Shown: positions 27,414 through 41,720, counted from the stretch's first letter. The stretch is 64,000 bases of DNA from the human T2T-CHM13v2.0 reference genome, Homo sapiens (GCF_009914755.1 NC_060933.1), one strand, 5' to 3'. The notes: generated by a model not told the origin, from the letters alone. Translations and numbers: made by a program.

Positions 27414-30400
27414 GTTTATATCGTGGTGAAATATACATAATATAAAATTTACCCCCAATCATAAAAGTGTACTATTCAATAGCATTGAGTCCATTCACAA
27501 TGTACTGCAACTCTGACTACTATATAGTTACAGAGCTTTTTCATCACCCCTAACAGAAATCCATATATATTAAGCCGTCACTCCCCAACACCCACTTAGT
27601 CCCTGGCCACTACCAATCTGCTTTCTATCTCTTGAATTTGCCTATTCTGAATATCTTATATAAATGAAATTATACAATATGTGGCCTTTGCGTCTGGCTT
27701 CTTTCACTTTGCATAGCACGTATCCACAATTTGTGGATATGTCTATTAAATTCACTTGCCCATTTTTAATTGGGTTGTTCTATTCTTGCTGAGTTGTAAG
27801 GATTCCTTATATATTTTAGATACTAAACCTTTTTGAGAGATATAATTTTCAAATATTTTATCCCAAAGACAATCGTGTCTTTTCACTCTTTATACTGTCA
27901 TTTGTTGCATATTTTTTAAAAAATCGATAGTCTAATGTATTCATGTTTTCTATTTTGTTGCTTTGTGCTCTTGGTATCATATCTAGTAAATTATTGCTAG
28001 ATCTAAGGTTGTGAAAAATTTCCTAAATGTTTTTCTTTAAGAGTTTTATAGGCTTAGCTCTCATACTTAGGTGTTTGATTCATTTGGAATTTTTGTATTT
28101 AGTGTGAGGCAAGGGCCCAACTTTTTTCTTTTGCATGTGGATTTCCATTTGTCTGAACATAAATTTGTTGAAAAGACTATTCTTTTCCCATTGAACAGCC
28201 TTAGCAACCTTGTTGAAAATAAGTTGACTGTAGATTTACCATTTATTTCTAGAATCTCAGTCTTATCCATTAATCAATATTGTCTATCCTGTGACAGTGC
28301 CATACTGTTTGGATCACTGTAAATATGTAGGAAATTTTACAAAAGTTTTGTGTTTGTCTTCCCACTTTGTTTTTCTTTTTCAATATTGTTTTGACCATTC
28401 AAATTCCTTTGCAATTCAAGATTTCATTCACCTAGAACTTCAGTTTATTTCTGTGATGTCTTATGATTTTCAGTGTGTAAGTCCTGAATGCCTTTGGTTG
28501 AATTCAGTCCTAAGTATGTTATTTCATGATGCTATTGTGGATGGAACTTAATTTTTCTTTTCAAATTCTTCATTGATATTGTATAGAAACACAATTTATT
28601 TTTGTGTGTTTGTATTATATTCTGCAACTTTGATAAATTTGCTTATTAGGTCTAATAGGTTTTTTTCCCCTAAGATTTTCCTTATATAAGATCATGCCAT
28701 CTATGAATATACATAGTTTTACTTCCAATTTTTACTTTCCATTTCCATTTAAATTGACTTTTATTTTTTATCTTGCCTACTTCCTCTGGCTAGGATTTCC
28801 AATAAAATGTTTAATAGTACTGGCCAAACAGTCATCCATGGCGTACTTAGGAGGAAAGTTTCCAGGCTTTTATTATTAATTAGCATGTTAGCAATGATTT
28901 TTTAAAGACGCTTTTTATCTTTGAAGCAGTTACATTCTATTTCTTATTTGTTAAAGGTTTTAAAATTAAACCAAAAAAGAGTATTAGATTTTTGTAAGTG
29001 CTTTTTCTATACCACTTGAGATAACGATGTAATTTTTATTCATAATTTCATTGGTAAAATATATGCCATTAATTTCCATATGTTGAACCATCTTTGCATT
29101 TCTGAATAAATCTTAGTTATGATTCATAAATATTTTAATATGCTGCTGGAATTGTTTTGATAATATAGTGCTGAGAAGTTTTCCATCTATATTCATTAGT
29201 TATATGGGTGAGCTATTTTCTTTTCTAATATTATTTTCTGGTACTGGTATCAGGGTAATTCTGGCTTCATAGAATGATTTAGAAACTTTGTCCTCCTTCT
29301 CTATTTTTGGAAGGATTTTGGAAAGATTGGTGCTAATTCTTTTTAAAATGGTTAAAAGAATTCATCATTTAAAATGCCTGGTCCTGGCCTTTTTTATTGT
29401 CGTTGTTTAAAGAGTTTTTATTACAGATTCAATCTCTTTACTCATAATGGATCTCTTGATAGTTTCCATTTGTTTTTGATTCAGCTTTGGTAATTCATGT
29501 TTTTTGGAGAAATATGTGCATTTCATTTATTTACCTATTTTGTGGGCATACAATTGTCCAAAACATTATTTTACATTTTATTTTGTACAGGTTTTGTAGT
29601 AATATGTCCACTTTCACTTATGACTTTAATGATTTGAGTCTCCTTTCTCAATCTATATAAATGTTTGTCAATTATATCAAACTTTTTCAAAGAACAAACA
29701 TTTGACTTATTTGGTTTTCTCTATTGATTTTTTATTTTCTGAATCATTTAGTTCTGCTCTAATCATGATAATTCCTTGCTTCTGCTAGTTTTAGATTTAG
29801 TTTGCTTATCATTTTTTAGTTCCTTATGGTGTAGAGTTAGAATATTGAGTTGAGATCTTTCTTCTTTTTTTAATATAGGTATATGCAGCTATAAATTTTA
29901 CTCTGAGCATGGGTTTTACTAAAACTCTACATTTTTACAAGTTGTTTATTCCTTTTACTTTGTCTGAAGACATTTTCTAAAATCTTTTGTGGTAAGTTCT
30001 TTGACCCATTGTTGAGAGTGTATTGTTTAACTTACATATATTTTGAAGTTTCCCAATTTTCTTATGTTATCAATTTCTAGATTCATAGCATCATAGTCAG
30101 AGGAGATTCCTTTGTATAATTAATATCTATATAATTTTATTGAGACTTGTTATGTGGTTTAACATATGGTTTATTTGGGGAAAGGTTCCACATGTACTTA
30201 ATATTTGGTCTTTTGTTATGTGGGTGAAGTATTCTGTATATGCCCATTAGTTCTAACAGGTTTATAGGGTTGTACAAATCTTAATCTACTTGCTGATTTT
30301 TATGCTAGTTTTTCTACCTGTTATTGAAAGTGAGACTATGAAATCTTATTATAGAACTTCTTTCTTTTCTCCATTTTTAATTATTTATATGTTTGGGGGC

Positions 30401-33400
30401 CATGTTTTTGCGTGGGTATATGTTTTTAATTGCTATCTATTATGGGTGGATTGGCCTTGACTGTTGCAAACAATAATTGACAATATCTATTATACCTGAA
30501 ATTACTATATGCACTCTAATTTTCTTTTCATCACTATTTTTTATGGAATGCTTTTGAAAAATGACTTACTTTCAAACTATTTGTATTTTTGGATCCAAAG
30601 TGAGTCTCTTGTTCACAGCATATAGATGTATCATATAATTGCTCTATTCTACCTATCTCTGGACTTCAACTGGAGATTTTTATCCGTTTACATTTATATC
30701 ATTTATTTCTAAGAAAACATTTACTCGCACCATTTTGTTATTTGTTTTCTATATGTCATATATCTTTTTTGTTCCTCAATTCTTTCACTATTGCCTTCTT
30801 TTGTGTTCAATTGATTTTTTGTATTGTACTGTTTTGATTCCTCTCTGTATATTATCTATTATTTCATTTCTCAGTGGTTATCTCACTGATTACAATTAAC
30901 ATAATAAACTTAAAGTAGCCTATTATTAAATTAATACCATCTTAGTTAAAATGACATATAAAATCTCTGCTCCTTTACATCTTTGTTACTTCTCCTATAT
31001 GTTGGTATTTTTGAAAATGACCATATGCTCATTAGCATAGATTTAGAATTATTGTTTTATGTTATATAGGAAAATAAGAGGAAATATAAAACAAAAATAA
31101 AATAATTCTGTATTTTATATTTACCTATGTGGTAACCTTTGCTAATGTTTCTTTTCATTTCTTTGCATGATTTTGATTTAATATTTGCTGCCTTTCATTT
31201 CAGCCTGAAAGATTCTCATTAGCATGTTTTATAGAGGATGTGTACTAGTAGCAAATGCCTTCATATTTTGTTTATTTGAAGATATCTTATTTACTGTTTT
31301 GTTAGGATTGTTTTGCTTGGCATAAAATTTTTGATTGACAGATCTTTCTGTTTGTTTCAATACTTTAAAAATATCATCTTTTTGCCTTCTGGCCTTTATG
31401 GATTTTTACAAAAAATTGGTTGTTAATGTTAGTGAGAATCAACTGTACTTGCTGACTTCCTTATTTTCTACTACTTTCAAGATTCTCTTTGTCATTGTCC
31501 TTTGCCATTTTGACTATAACTCAGTACGGATCTCTTGGAGTTTATGCTTCTTGGAGACTATTGAATGCATTGGATGTAGAGACTCATGTCTTTCCTCATA
31601 TTTGGAAAGTTTTTATTATTATGTCTTCAAAGATGTTTTTTCTGCTCATTTCTTTCTGTCCTACCCATCTGAAACTGCCATTGTGCATACATTGGTACAT
31701 TTTATGGTGTTCCAGAGATCTCTTAAATATTATTTATTTTTTTAAAATTTATTTTGCCTCCTCAGGGCAGTTTCAATCGTCTTATCTTCTAGTTGAATGA
31801 CTATTTCTTTTGTTTGCTTAAATTTTCTGTCGAGCTTTTCTAGTAAATTTTGCGTTTTAGTTATTGTACTTTTCAACTCCAGAATTTCTTTTTGGTTCCT
31901 TTTTAAATTGCTATCATTGTATTGATTCCCTATTTGTTGAGTCATTGTGCTTCTAGTTTTCTTTAGTTTTTTTTTTTTTTTTTTTTTCCAGTGTCCTTTA
32001 GTCCTTTACCCTTTAAGCATATTTGAGACAGTGGGTTTATAGTCTTTTTTTTTTCTTCTGTTTTCCAGAGACTCGCTCTGTAGCCCAGGCTGGAGTACAG
32101 TGGTGTGATCTTGGCTCACTGCAACCTCCGCCTCCTGGGTTCAAGCAATTCTCCTGTCTCAGCCTCCTGAGTAGCTAGGACAACAGGTGCGTGCCACCAC
32201 ACCCAGCTAATGTTTTGTATTTTTAGTAGAGACAGGGTTTCACTGTGTTAGCCAGGATGGTCTTGATCTCCCGATTTCATGAGCTGCCTGCCTTGGCCTC
32301 CCAAAGTGGTGGGATTACAAGTGTGAGCCACCACACCCAGCCTATAATGTTTTTATAGTACCAAAACTTGTGCTCCATTATTATCAGTTTCTTTGGGTTT
32401 TCTTTCTTCTGTGAAAGGGCTATTGTTTCTTTTTTGCAGGCATCATAATTTTTTGTTAAATTGGGGCATTTGTATAATTATGATTTGGTATATCTGAAAA
32501 TGAAACTCTCCCCACACCTCAGGATTTGGTATTATTGATTACTTTAAGTTGTAACCTATTTTTTGAAGACTGAATTCGTTTGTTATGTATAGTCTCAGAA
32601 GTCTTGGTTAATTTGGTGAAGTGGTTAGCTAGTGGTTTAACATATTTTTTTATCCTTCTGGGGTAAGAAATTTATAATGAAAAGAAAAAAAACACATTTT
32701 TAAAATCTTTGCCTATTGACTCTGTTTTGGTCACTCCTTCCATGCTTAGTTGGTTATTTCTGATGCTACCTGACCCTTCATTTCCTACTTCTGCTGAACA
32801 TATACATGAGCCAGAAGTGAAAGGTTATGGAGTCTCAGATCATTTTTGAGCCTGCATTCCATTCTACTTGTTTCTTGGTTTTCCACATTCCCCAGTATAT
32901 GCAGGAGATTTTTAAAGCTCGTATTTTAGGAAGTGTTTTACTCCACAACCTTTCCTTCAAAGCTTTTGGCATGTCTATTTTTTGCCCAACTGTTATCTCT
33001 TGCTCCAGGTAACAGAGGCTTGTTCATCTGCTTTTTGATTGTTTGAAGGAGCTTCCTTCCCAAATTTGTTTCTTCACCCTAACAGAGATCTGAGTTAGGC
33101 AAAATAAAGTCAAGCCTCTTGTGTCAGTCATTTAGGCAGACTCACACAGGTCAAAATATACAAACATGATTCCTTTGGAATAAGGTCTGTTCTGCTGCCT
33201 ACAGAACCAGGAACCCACACCAGGAATGCAGGTTGCTGATTTCAGGACTGCCATCACACTAGGGAATTGTGTGTGACAAGGGTAAATTAAAACTCCTCAA
33301 AGCTTTTCCACTAGGTTTAAGTAGTCTTTCTCATGATTGAACATTTTATTTATTGCTATGAACATTTGACCATCTTCCAGAGTTCTGGTAAAGTAAATTC

Positions 33401-33496
33401 ACTTTTACCAGTTTATAGTTTTTAGGGGGGCACATATTTCTTGGGGGACAGTATACCCTGAAATTCCCTACCCGACCATTTTTCTGATATCTTGCT
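27414..33496 (-). mobile_element. Near full-length ancient L1MB/L1M4-class element (3'UTR, ORF2, ORF1, 5'UTR; internal deletions)
   Basis: L1MB-type 3'UTR at 27414-27720. ORF2 remnants (minus ORF 28067-28270 STVNLFSTRLLRLFNGKRIVFSTN). ORF1 coiled-coil remnant (minus ORF 31742-31945 NQKEILELKSTITK). 5' end whose reverse complement reads GATATCAGAAAAATGGTCGGGTAGGG. Confidence 0.85.
32045..32342 (-). mobile_element. AluSc/Sc8-like element
   Basis: T-rich tail and full dimer with 'ttagccaggatggtcttgatctcc' and 'gcaacctccg'. Degenerate TSD tatagtc / tataatg. Confidence 0.93.
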
Positions 33497-33971
33497 CAGT
33501 TCTCTTTTTTGTCACTACTACCGCCACTTTAAATGAGGCTACTATCAGCTCTTCCTGAAAGATAGTCATATACTTTTCACAAGTTATTTCATAGGTACAT
33601 TTGGCTCCAGCTAATACATTCTCCATGAGGAGACCATAAAAACTACAAACTATAAACTTGATTATTATTTTTTCTGCTTAGAATACTTTAGAGTTTTATA
33701 TAGACCTTTAGGCTATAAACCAAAATCATTTTAATGGATTACAAGACTTCATGGCTGGGTCCTTCCTCTCTCTACTTATATGTTTTCTTTTAGGTCTTTG
33801 TATTTCAGGTGCATGTACTTCCTTCTACTTTTTAAAATCAGTCTCACACATCTCCACTTTCTGACTCTTTCAGTGACTTTCTTCATTTTCTTCCTAGTTT
33901 TGCTTTCCCTTGCCTTTTTTTTACTTCAGAGTTCTCACATATGTTAATCCTTCTTTTACACATTTGCCTAG

Positions 33972-34031
33972 GTAGTCAACATTTTGGTCAACAACAGATT
34001 GCATATAAGATAGTGTTCCCATAAAAATAAA
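33972..34031 (+). mobile_element. MER47/Tigger-type 5' terminal fragment
   Basis: 'caacattttggtcaacaacagattgcatataagatagtgttcccataa' resembles the MER47A start. Confidence 0.6.
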
Positions 34032-34709
34032 CAAGGTTACTTCAAAAAGTGTGTAGATAAATGGAATTAAAATATAAGCATATAAATATAAACTTTATTT
34101 CTTAATGTAAGCTTCACCAAGATAAAGACACTTATGTAAGGGATGATACAGACCATTTAGTCCAATTCTAAAGAAGTGAAGATCTTTGGAATTTAAACAT
34201 ATCAATGAAGTCTTTCTTCATTATTAACTGAAGAAAAACAGGTGGGCTTTAAAGATTTTTTTAACATTAGGAAAAGAAAATAATACAGAAGGAGCCAAAT
34301 CAGGACCTTAAGTTGGATTTCTGGTGTTTTCTCATAGAAACTCACACAAAATTGCTTTATTTCATAAGTTGAATAAGCAGGAACATTGTTATTGTTGAGA
34401 AGGACTCTGGTTAAGCGTTCCTGGACATTTGTTTTTTACTAAAGCTTTAGCTAACTTTTTCATAATAAGTACATATTATCATTCTTTGACCCTCCAGAAA
34501 TTCAACAGTAAAATGTCTAGCACATCAGCAAAACTGTTGCCATGATCTTTGCTTTTGACCCATCTGATATGCTTTGATTGGACCATTTCCATCTCTTGGT
34601 AGCCATTGCTTTGATTGTGCTTTGTTTTCAGGATCACACTAATAAAGCCATGTTTCATCTCCTGTTATAATCTTTAAAAAAGTTTTTCAGTCTTGATTCC
34701 ACTTGTTTA
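34032..34709 (-). mobile_element. HSMAR2 mariner, 3' half with right TIR and transposase catalytic remnants
   Basis: TIR-like 'caaggttacttcaaaaagt...aatggaattaaaa'. Minus strand encodes ITGDETWLY (rc of ataaagccatgtttcatctcctgttat, ~34642-34668) and PDLAPS (rc of gaaggagccaaatcagg, ~34288-34304). Confidence 0.9.
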
Positions 34710-34977
34710 AAAGGCATGGAGTGGCAATTTGGATAAAGAAGCAAAATCCAACTGTATGCGGTCTTCAAGAGACCCATCTCACATGCTATGACACCCATAG
34801 AATCCAAGTATAGAGATGGAGAAAGATGTATCAAGAAAAATAAAAAAAAAAGAGCAGGAGTTGCTATTGGTATTTCATAAAAAATAGACTTTAAACCATC
34901 AAATATCAAAAAGAATGAAGAAGGGCATGACATATTGATAAAGGATTCAATTTAACAAGAATCCTTAACTGTCCTAA

Positions 34978-35007
<30 letters not shown>
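34978..35007. repeat. (TG)n microsatellite within L1
   Basis: About 15 TG units. Confidence 0.97.
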
Positions 35008-35010
<3 letters not shown>

Positions 35011-35118
35011 CAACCAATGCTGGAGCTCACAGATTCATAAAACAACTTCTTAGAGACTTATTAAGAGACTTAAATAACAATACAATAATAGTGGGAGTCT
35101 TCAACATCTCACTGACAT

Positions 35119-35468
35119 TGTTGTAGGAAAAACAGGTTGTTGTCACAGGACCAGGAACATTTAGACGTGTGGACACATTGTAGGGTGATTAGGGGAGGGT
35201 TTAATGGGAGAAAAGAAAAAAGGAAAGAGGAACTTTCAGCAATGTGAGAGAGAGTCCTGCTAGCAGGTCTCCCACCTCACTGATTGAATCCCAGGTCACC
35301 ACCCAGGAACTGAAGAGGCCAGGCTCCTCCCCACTGCAAATGACATGAACTTCCTGAGACTCCACCCTGTCCTTCCAATGTGCAAGTGGGCATTATTCAG
35401 AGAGAATCAGTTGGGAAAGGGAGGGCTTCATCTGGGACCAGCAGTCCGGTTTTTCAGCCCTCAGGCTG
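35119..35468 (-). mobile_element. MER61-family LTR (ERV1), 5'-truncated
   Basis: Reverse complement contains 'TTTGCAGTGGGGAGGAGCCTGGCC...CTGGGATTCAATC...GTGACAACAACCTGTTTTTCCTACAACA'. Confidence 0.75.
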
Positions 35469-38400
35469 AAAATTAATACCCAAGAATATTTCTAAAATCC
35501 ATGCAATTACATAGAAATTAAACAACCTGTTCCTGAATGACTAACTAATAAAATCAAGTAACTAATAAAGTTAAGGCAGAAATCAAGAGATTATTTGAAA
35601 CGAATGAAAACAAATATACAACATACCAGAATCTCTGGGGGCACAGCTAAAACCATGTTAAGAGAAAAGTTTAGAGTGTTAAACACCCACATTAAAAAGT
35701 TAGAAAGATCTCAGCAACTTAACAACATGCTTAAAGGAACTAGAAAAACAAGATGAAACCAATCTCAAAGCTATGAGAAGAAAAATAATAATCAAAATCA
35801 GAGCTTACTGAATGTAATTTAGGCACAAAAAAAATACAAAAGATTAATGTAACCAAAATTCGGTTCTTTGAAATAATACATAAGATTACTAGACTACAAA
35901 CTAGACTAAAAGAAAAAAAAAGAGAGGACATTCAAATAAACACAATCAGAAATGACAAAGGTGAAATTACCACTGACACCACAGAAATAAAAACAATTCT
36001 TAAAGACTATTATAAATATCTCTCTGCATAGAAACCCAAAAACCTAGAAAAAATGGAAAAACTCCTGGACACTTACAACCTCCCAAGCTTAAACTAAGAA
36101 GAAATTAAAACTCTGAATAGATCAATAACAGGTTCCAAAATAGAATGTCATAAAAAGCCTACCAACCAGAAAAAACTCTGCACCAGACATATCCACAGCT
36201 GAATTCTACCAGTTGTACAAAAAAGAGCTGGTATCAATTCTACTGAAACTATTACAAAAAGTCAAGGAAGAAGGACTCCTCCCTAACTCATTCTATTAGG
36301 CCAACATCATTCTGATACCAAAACCTGGCAGAGAAACAATGAAGAAAGAAAATGTTAGGGCAATACTCCTGGTGAACATAGATGCAAAAATCCTCAGGAA
36401 AATACTAGCAAACCAAATCCAGTAGCACATCCAAAAGCTAATCCACCAGGATCAAGTAGGCTTTATTTCTGAGTTGCAAGTTAGGTTCAACGTATGCAAG
36501 CAAATCAACGTGATTTATCACATTTTAAATACAACTAAAAACAAACACCACATGATCATCACAATGGATGAAGATAACACTTTTGATAAAATTCAACATC
36601 CCTTCATGTTAAAAACCCTCAACAAACTAGGCATTGAAGAAACATACCTCAAAATATTAAGAGCCGTTTCTGACAAACCCACAACCAGCATCATATGGAA
36701 TGGGGAAAAGCTGGAAGCAGTCCTCTTGAGAACTGAGACAAGACAAGGATGCCCACTGTCACCATTTCTATTCAACATAGTACTGGAAGTTCTAGCCAGA
36801 GCAATAAGGTAAGAGAAAGAAGTCAAAGGCATCCAAATAGGAAGAGAGGGAGCCAAGAAGTTTCCCTTCACAGAAGATATAAATCTATACCTAGAAAATA
36901 CCATAGTCTCTGCTCAAAGGCTCCTAGATCTAGTAAACAACTTCAGGAAAGTTTCAGGATACATAATCAATGTATAAAATCAGTAAAATTTCTAAACACC
37001 AATTACATCCAAGCTGAGAGCCAAATCAAGAACAAACCCCCCACCCCAACACACACACACACATAATTACCTGGGAACACAGCTAATTAGGGAGGTGAAA
37101 GACCTCTACAGCAAGAAATATAAAACGCTGCTAAAAGAAATCAGAGATGATGCAAAAAAATTAAAAAAATTCCATGTAATGGATAGGAAGAATCAATATT
37201 GTTAAAATGGCCATATTGTCCAAATCAATTTAGAGATTCAATGCTATTCCTGTCAAACTACCAACAACATTTTTCAGAGAATTAGAAAAAACTACTCTAA
37301 AATTCATGTGGAACCAAAAAATAGCTAAAATAACGAAAGCAATCCTAAGCAAAATGTACAAAGCCAAATACATTAGACTACCCAACTTCAAACTATATTA
37401 CAAGGCTACAGTAACCAAAACCACATGATACTGGCACAAAAATAGACACGTAGACCAATGGAACAGGTTAAAGAACCCAACAATGAAGGTTCACACCTAC
37501 CCCCACCTGACTATTGACAAAGTCAAGAAAAACAAGAAATAGGGGAAAGACTCCCTATTTAAAAAATGTTACAATGACTGCTTAGTCATATGCAGAAGAT
37601 AAAAATTGAACCCATTCATTTCACCATATACAAAAATTAACTCAAGATGGATTAAAGACTTAAATATATAACCTAAAACTACAAAATCCCTTGAAGAAAA
37701 CCTAGGAAAATATCATTCCAGATATAGGCCCTGGGAAAGATTTCATGATGAAGACTCTGAAAGCAGTTGCAACAAAACAAAAATTCACAAATTGAACTTC
37801 AATAAACTAAAGAGCTTCTGCACAGCAAAGGAAACGATCAACAGAGTAAAAAGACAACCTACAAAATGGGGTAAAATACACACTATGCCTCCAAGAGAAA
37901 TCTAATATCCAGAATATAAAAGGAATTTAAACAAATTAACAAGCAAAAAACAATCCTGTTAAAAAATGGGCAAAGGATATGAAGAGAAACTTCTCAAGAC
38001 ATATACATGGACAAGAAGCATTTAAAAAAAATTCTCAACGTCACGAATCATTCAAGAAATGCAAATCAAAATCACTATGATACTATCCACAGCAGTCAGA
38101 AAGGCTATTATTGAAAAGTCAAAAAATAACAGATGTTAGCAAGGTTGCAGAAAAAATGACATGTGTATATACTACCTACGGGAATGTAAATTAGTTCAGC
38201 CACTATGGAAAGCAGTTTTGTAATTTCTAAAACAACTTAAAACAGAGCTGCCATTTAATTCAGCATTCCTATTACTGGATATATATCCAAAGGAATATAA
38301 ATAATTCTACTGTAAAGACACATGTATGCACGTTTATCTCAGCACTATTCACAATAGCAAAGACATGGAATCAACCTAGATGCTCATCAATGGTGGACTG

Positions 38401-38599
38401 GATAAAGAAAATGTGGTGCATATACATAATAGAACACCACACAGCCATAAAAAATAATATATTATGTAATATTTAATATGTATAACTTGCTTTTTATAAT
38501 TATAATAAATAATACATAGATAAAATGAAATGAAATAAACAGAAACTATGTTAGACCTCTCTAAATTTTTTTTTATTTTAAATAACCAAGGCAAAAATG

Positions 38600-38765
38600 T
38601 GGAGCAGGAAGTCCATGCTTTTAATTATTTTATTAGTTGTTAGTCATTGGCAAAATTCTTTAATCACTCTAGGTTTCATCACTAAAGTAGAATTGATAAA
38701 CCCTACTCAAGTCAGATGATTGTTTTACAAATAAAATCAGCTAATATGTATTAAAATGCTTCATA
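38600..38765 (+). mobile_element. MIR relic
   Basis: 'gtcattggcaaaattctttaatcactctaggtttcatc...gattgttttacaaataaaatcagctaatatgtattaaaatgct'. Confidence 0.55.
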
Positions 38766-40429
38766 TTGTTTTACAAAAACACAAATTATAATGTATTCAT
38801 TTATCAATTTTTGAAATAAATATTAAACTCCCATTATGTCCCATGTGCAGCACCATTATCATCATCACCATTATCTGGGATCTTTGCATGCTATGGGGCC
38901 AATTGATGTACCAATACATTTGGGTAATAAGTGTTTGATATGTGTGATTACTATACTTGTGGTACCAATCTGACATGATTTCAAGGAAAATTTACAAAAG
39001 AAAACACTTTAAAAATTGAGTAAATTAGGTAATGTGAGGCAGGACATATCTGATTTTTAAAATACTTTTCTAACTTTAGATTTTGGAGATGCTTGTGAAG
39101 AGTCCATGGATTATTTTAGAAATAGATTTAGACTCTGGGTAACTTTTATAAATTAAATAACTGATATGTTAAATTTGTTGAAGGAAAGCATTTCTGAATC
39201 CTTCTCTTTCCCTTCTATCTCTTTCTAAATTACATCTTAAACATTCATTGCATTTTTGTCCCCAGGTATGGTACAGAACATATCAGAAAACCAAGAAGTC
39301 ACGTGTTAACCATCTCATGGTTTTTGAAAAGTGAATTAGCATATCTGGGTCCTAATTTGTGTCCATGCTAGAAAAATCCTTATAGGAATAGTTTAGTTGG
39401 GATACAAACATATTCATATAACAAACTGAGAATCTCCTTTGACTTCTTAAAATGCAAGCGAAACCAACAACAACAAAAATAAGTAAAATTGAGGGAAGGG
39501 GGGCATTTGGAAAGTCCAAGTAATTCTGAGAATACCACAATGTCTCTCACTGCAGCATCATTGAACTCACAACTGATTATTAGAGCAAAAAGATGTTAAT
39601 AAAAGGGCAAATAAAAACTCGGTGAATGCTGCTCTGCAATTCTCCTGGGACACTGAGAGCCACATACATTGGGAATATTACTGGAGTTATTGGAAAAAGC
39701 ATTGGCAAACATGGTGGCAGGATTAGCAATGATGGATGCAGCAGTTGTAGTGATAGTTAGCCATGGCAAGGGTACCAAATGTGACGCCTCATTGCCTTCA
39801 ATGTTAGGTATTATGACCAAAGACAGCACTCTTGATTATTGCTACAGTGGTATTTGTGGTGCTTTTGGTAGGTAGTAACTCTGGCCATACAACTCTTCCT
39901 TTTGGAAATAGCAATAATTAGAGACATCCCTGAAGCAATAGAGAAGGAAAATAGATACTATCTGGTGTTCAAGGCAATTAGTTAATCCTTGAATGTCTCA
40001 TAAAGCATCTATTTGCTATTACTAGAACAATTTAGGAGAAACAAGTAGAAAACCAGATTTGTGGTAGAGAGGATAGGAAAGTGTCAGTGAAATGCTATTT
40101 TACGGCTATTGCTTTATTTTCCAACTGGTTAGACTGGAGAACCAATGGTCACATTTGTTTTGTTATGATTTAGGTAGTCAAAACTTAACAAAAGCAATGT
40201 TTCATTTTACCATAAAAACGTGCATTTAAAACTCACTAAAATAATCTTTGCTCTTTCTCATAACAAGACTGTGTGTTATCATTATTGAGCACATGGTATA
40301 TTCTAGCCAATTAACTTACATCTAATCTTTGTAACCAAAGGACTTTCCTTCTTTGTTAATTTCAACTGTCTGGCATCAACAATCTTCCGTTTTTGCTTGT
40401 ATCACTCCAAAATAGCATAATGTACTACC

Positions 40430-41720
40430 TCTCCTAAAGTACATTAACAAAAGCTTCCTCCTCTCTTCCCACTTTATACCCATCCAGTCTTTTCTCCTTA
40501 ATCTGATGAAGTTGCTCAAGACAAGTGTTCATGTCAAGATCATTGATGACTTCATACCATCAGATCCACAAGAGACATTCTCATTTTAGCTGAACGGCAT
40601 TCATCAACACCTGATATAATTGATTACTCACTTCTCAAAATATCCCTCCTATCACCACATCCTACTTGTTTTTTCTCTTATTTTTCTGGACAATTATGTT
40701 AAATCTTCATTATAATTTCTCCATCTTTATATGACCTCTATATGGCATAATGGGGTAGTTATTTGGATTTTAGGATTAGGTCCACAGTCTATTTTTCTGC
40801 TTTTTTTTCCTGAGAGATACTGTCTCCTGTACTGTGTCAAAACCTTCATATGGATGTGGGTGTGTGCCTACATTGTGTATGTGTGTGTTGTGTGTATATG
40901 CGTGTGTGTATGGCAAAGATAGCTCCTATTAACTTCATTTGTATATTCAATAAACTGCATAATATCTTCACTTAAGTATCTCACAAACATGTAAAACTGA
41001 ACTTTAGGTTTTTTTCCCCATCCACTTCTTTTCTGGCATATGTATTTAGCATTGTGAATTGAATATATTTATATATTGCTTTAACGTATTTCATTTATTC
41101 AATCAAAACATGTGGGATAAGTATCTAAAATAAATGAGACTATACAAAGTTGTATGGGGATGACTAACCAAATAAAAGCTGTTGCCTTTAAAAAGGCGAT
41201 AGGGTTACAGACACAAGAGTTCAACTCTAGAAGACTGTGTTATAGGTTTTGTAAGTGCAAAAAGTGTACAATAGAAAGGCAATAAATAGTTTTATGAAGA
41301 GAAGTGACATGACTAGAATTAAATCTTATGTTTTCTACTGTGGCTGCTTTGCAGAAAATGCATTTAAGTTTGTAGGGATTTAAATGGGCATGGAAAATGA
41401 GGACTGCAAAAGGTTAATAGTAAGACAAATTATCAGCCTGTTATAGGAGACACTAGTACTTTAGTCTAGAGTAATGCTAGCAGAAATGGAAAGAAATGAA
41501 TAGATTTGATATAATTTTGGTGATAAAATTTATGTTACTTGCCGAGGAAAATACTATATTTCAAAAAGAGGTACTGTGTATTATCTGCTAAAATAATTTA
41601 ATAACTTCTGCCTTTGGGATTTAGATACATTTATATAGAACCTGAAAATAGTAGGCATGTAATAAATGTTGAATGTTTAAATGAATAGATGACTAGAGGA
41701 ACAAACAGCTGGATGGATGA
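40430..41720. mobile_element. L2 relics (plus-strand body ~40430-41060, minus-strand piece ~41150-41550, plus-strand tail ~41620-41720)
   Basis: 'tcaagatcattgatgacttc...ttgattactcacttctcaaaa', 'gaaatggaaagaaatgaatagatttgatataattttgg', 'gtaggcatgtaataaatgttgaatg'. Confidence 0.6.

Larger units (their letters stand above)
34708..38467 (+). mobile_element. L1PA15/16- or L1PB-like ORF2 (endonuclease to C-terminus), truncated at both ends
   Basis: Endonuclease 'cttcaagagacccatctcacatgc'. RT ORF 36474-36812 reads [19 protein letters not shown]...[24 protein letters not shown]. Many stops and frameshifts. Ends at 'cagccataaaaaataatatattatgt' with no distal 3'UTR or poly-A. Confidence 0.95.

Noticed and set aside
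36474-36812. 112-aa reverse-transcriptase-like ORF
   Set aside because: Fragment of a dead L1 ORF2 with stops and frameshifts on both sides.
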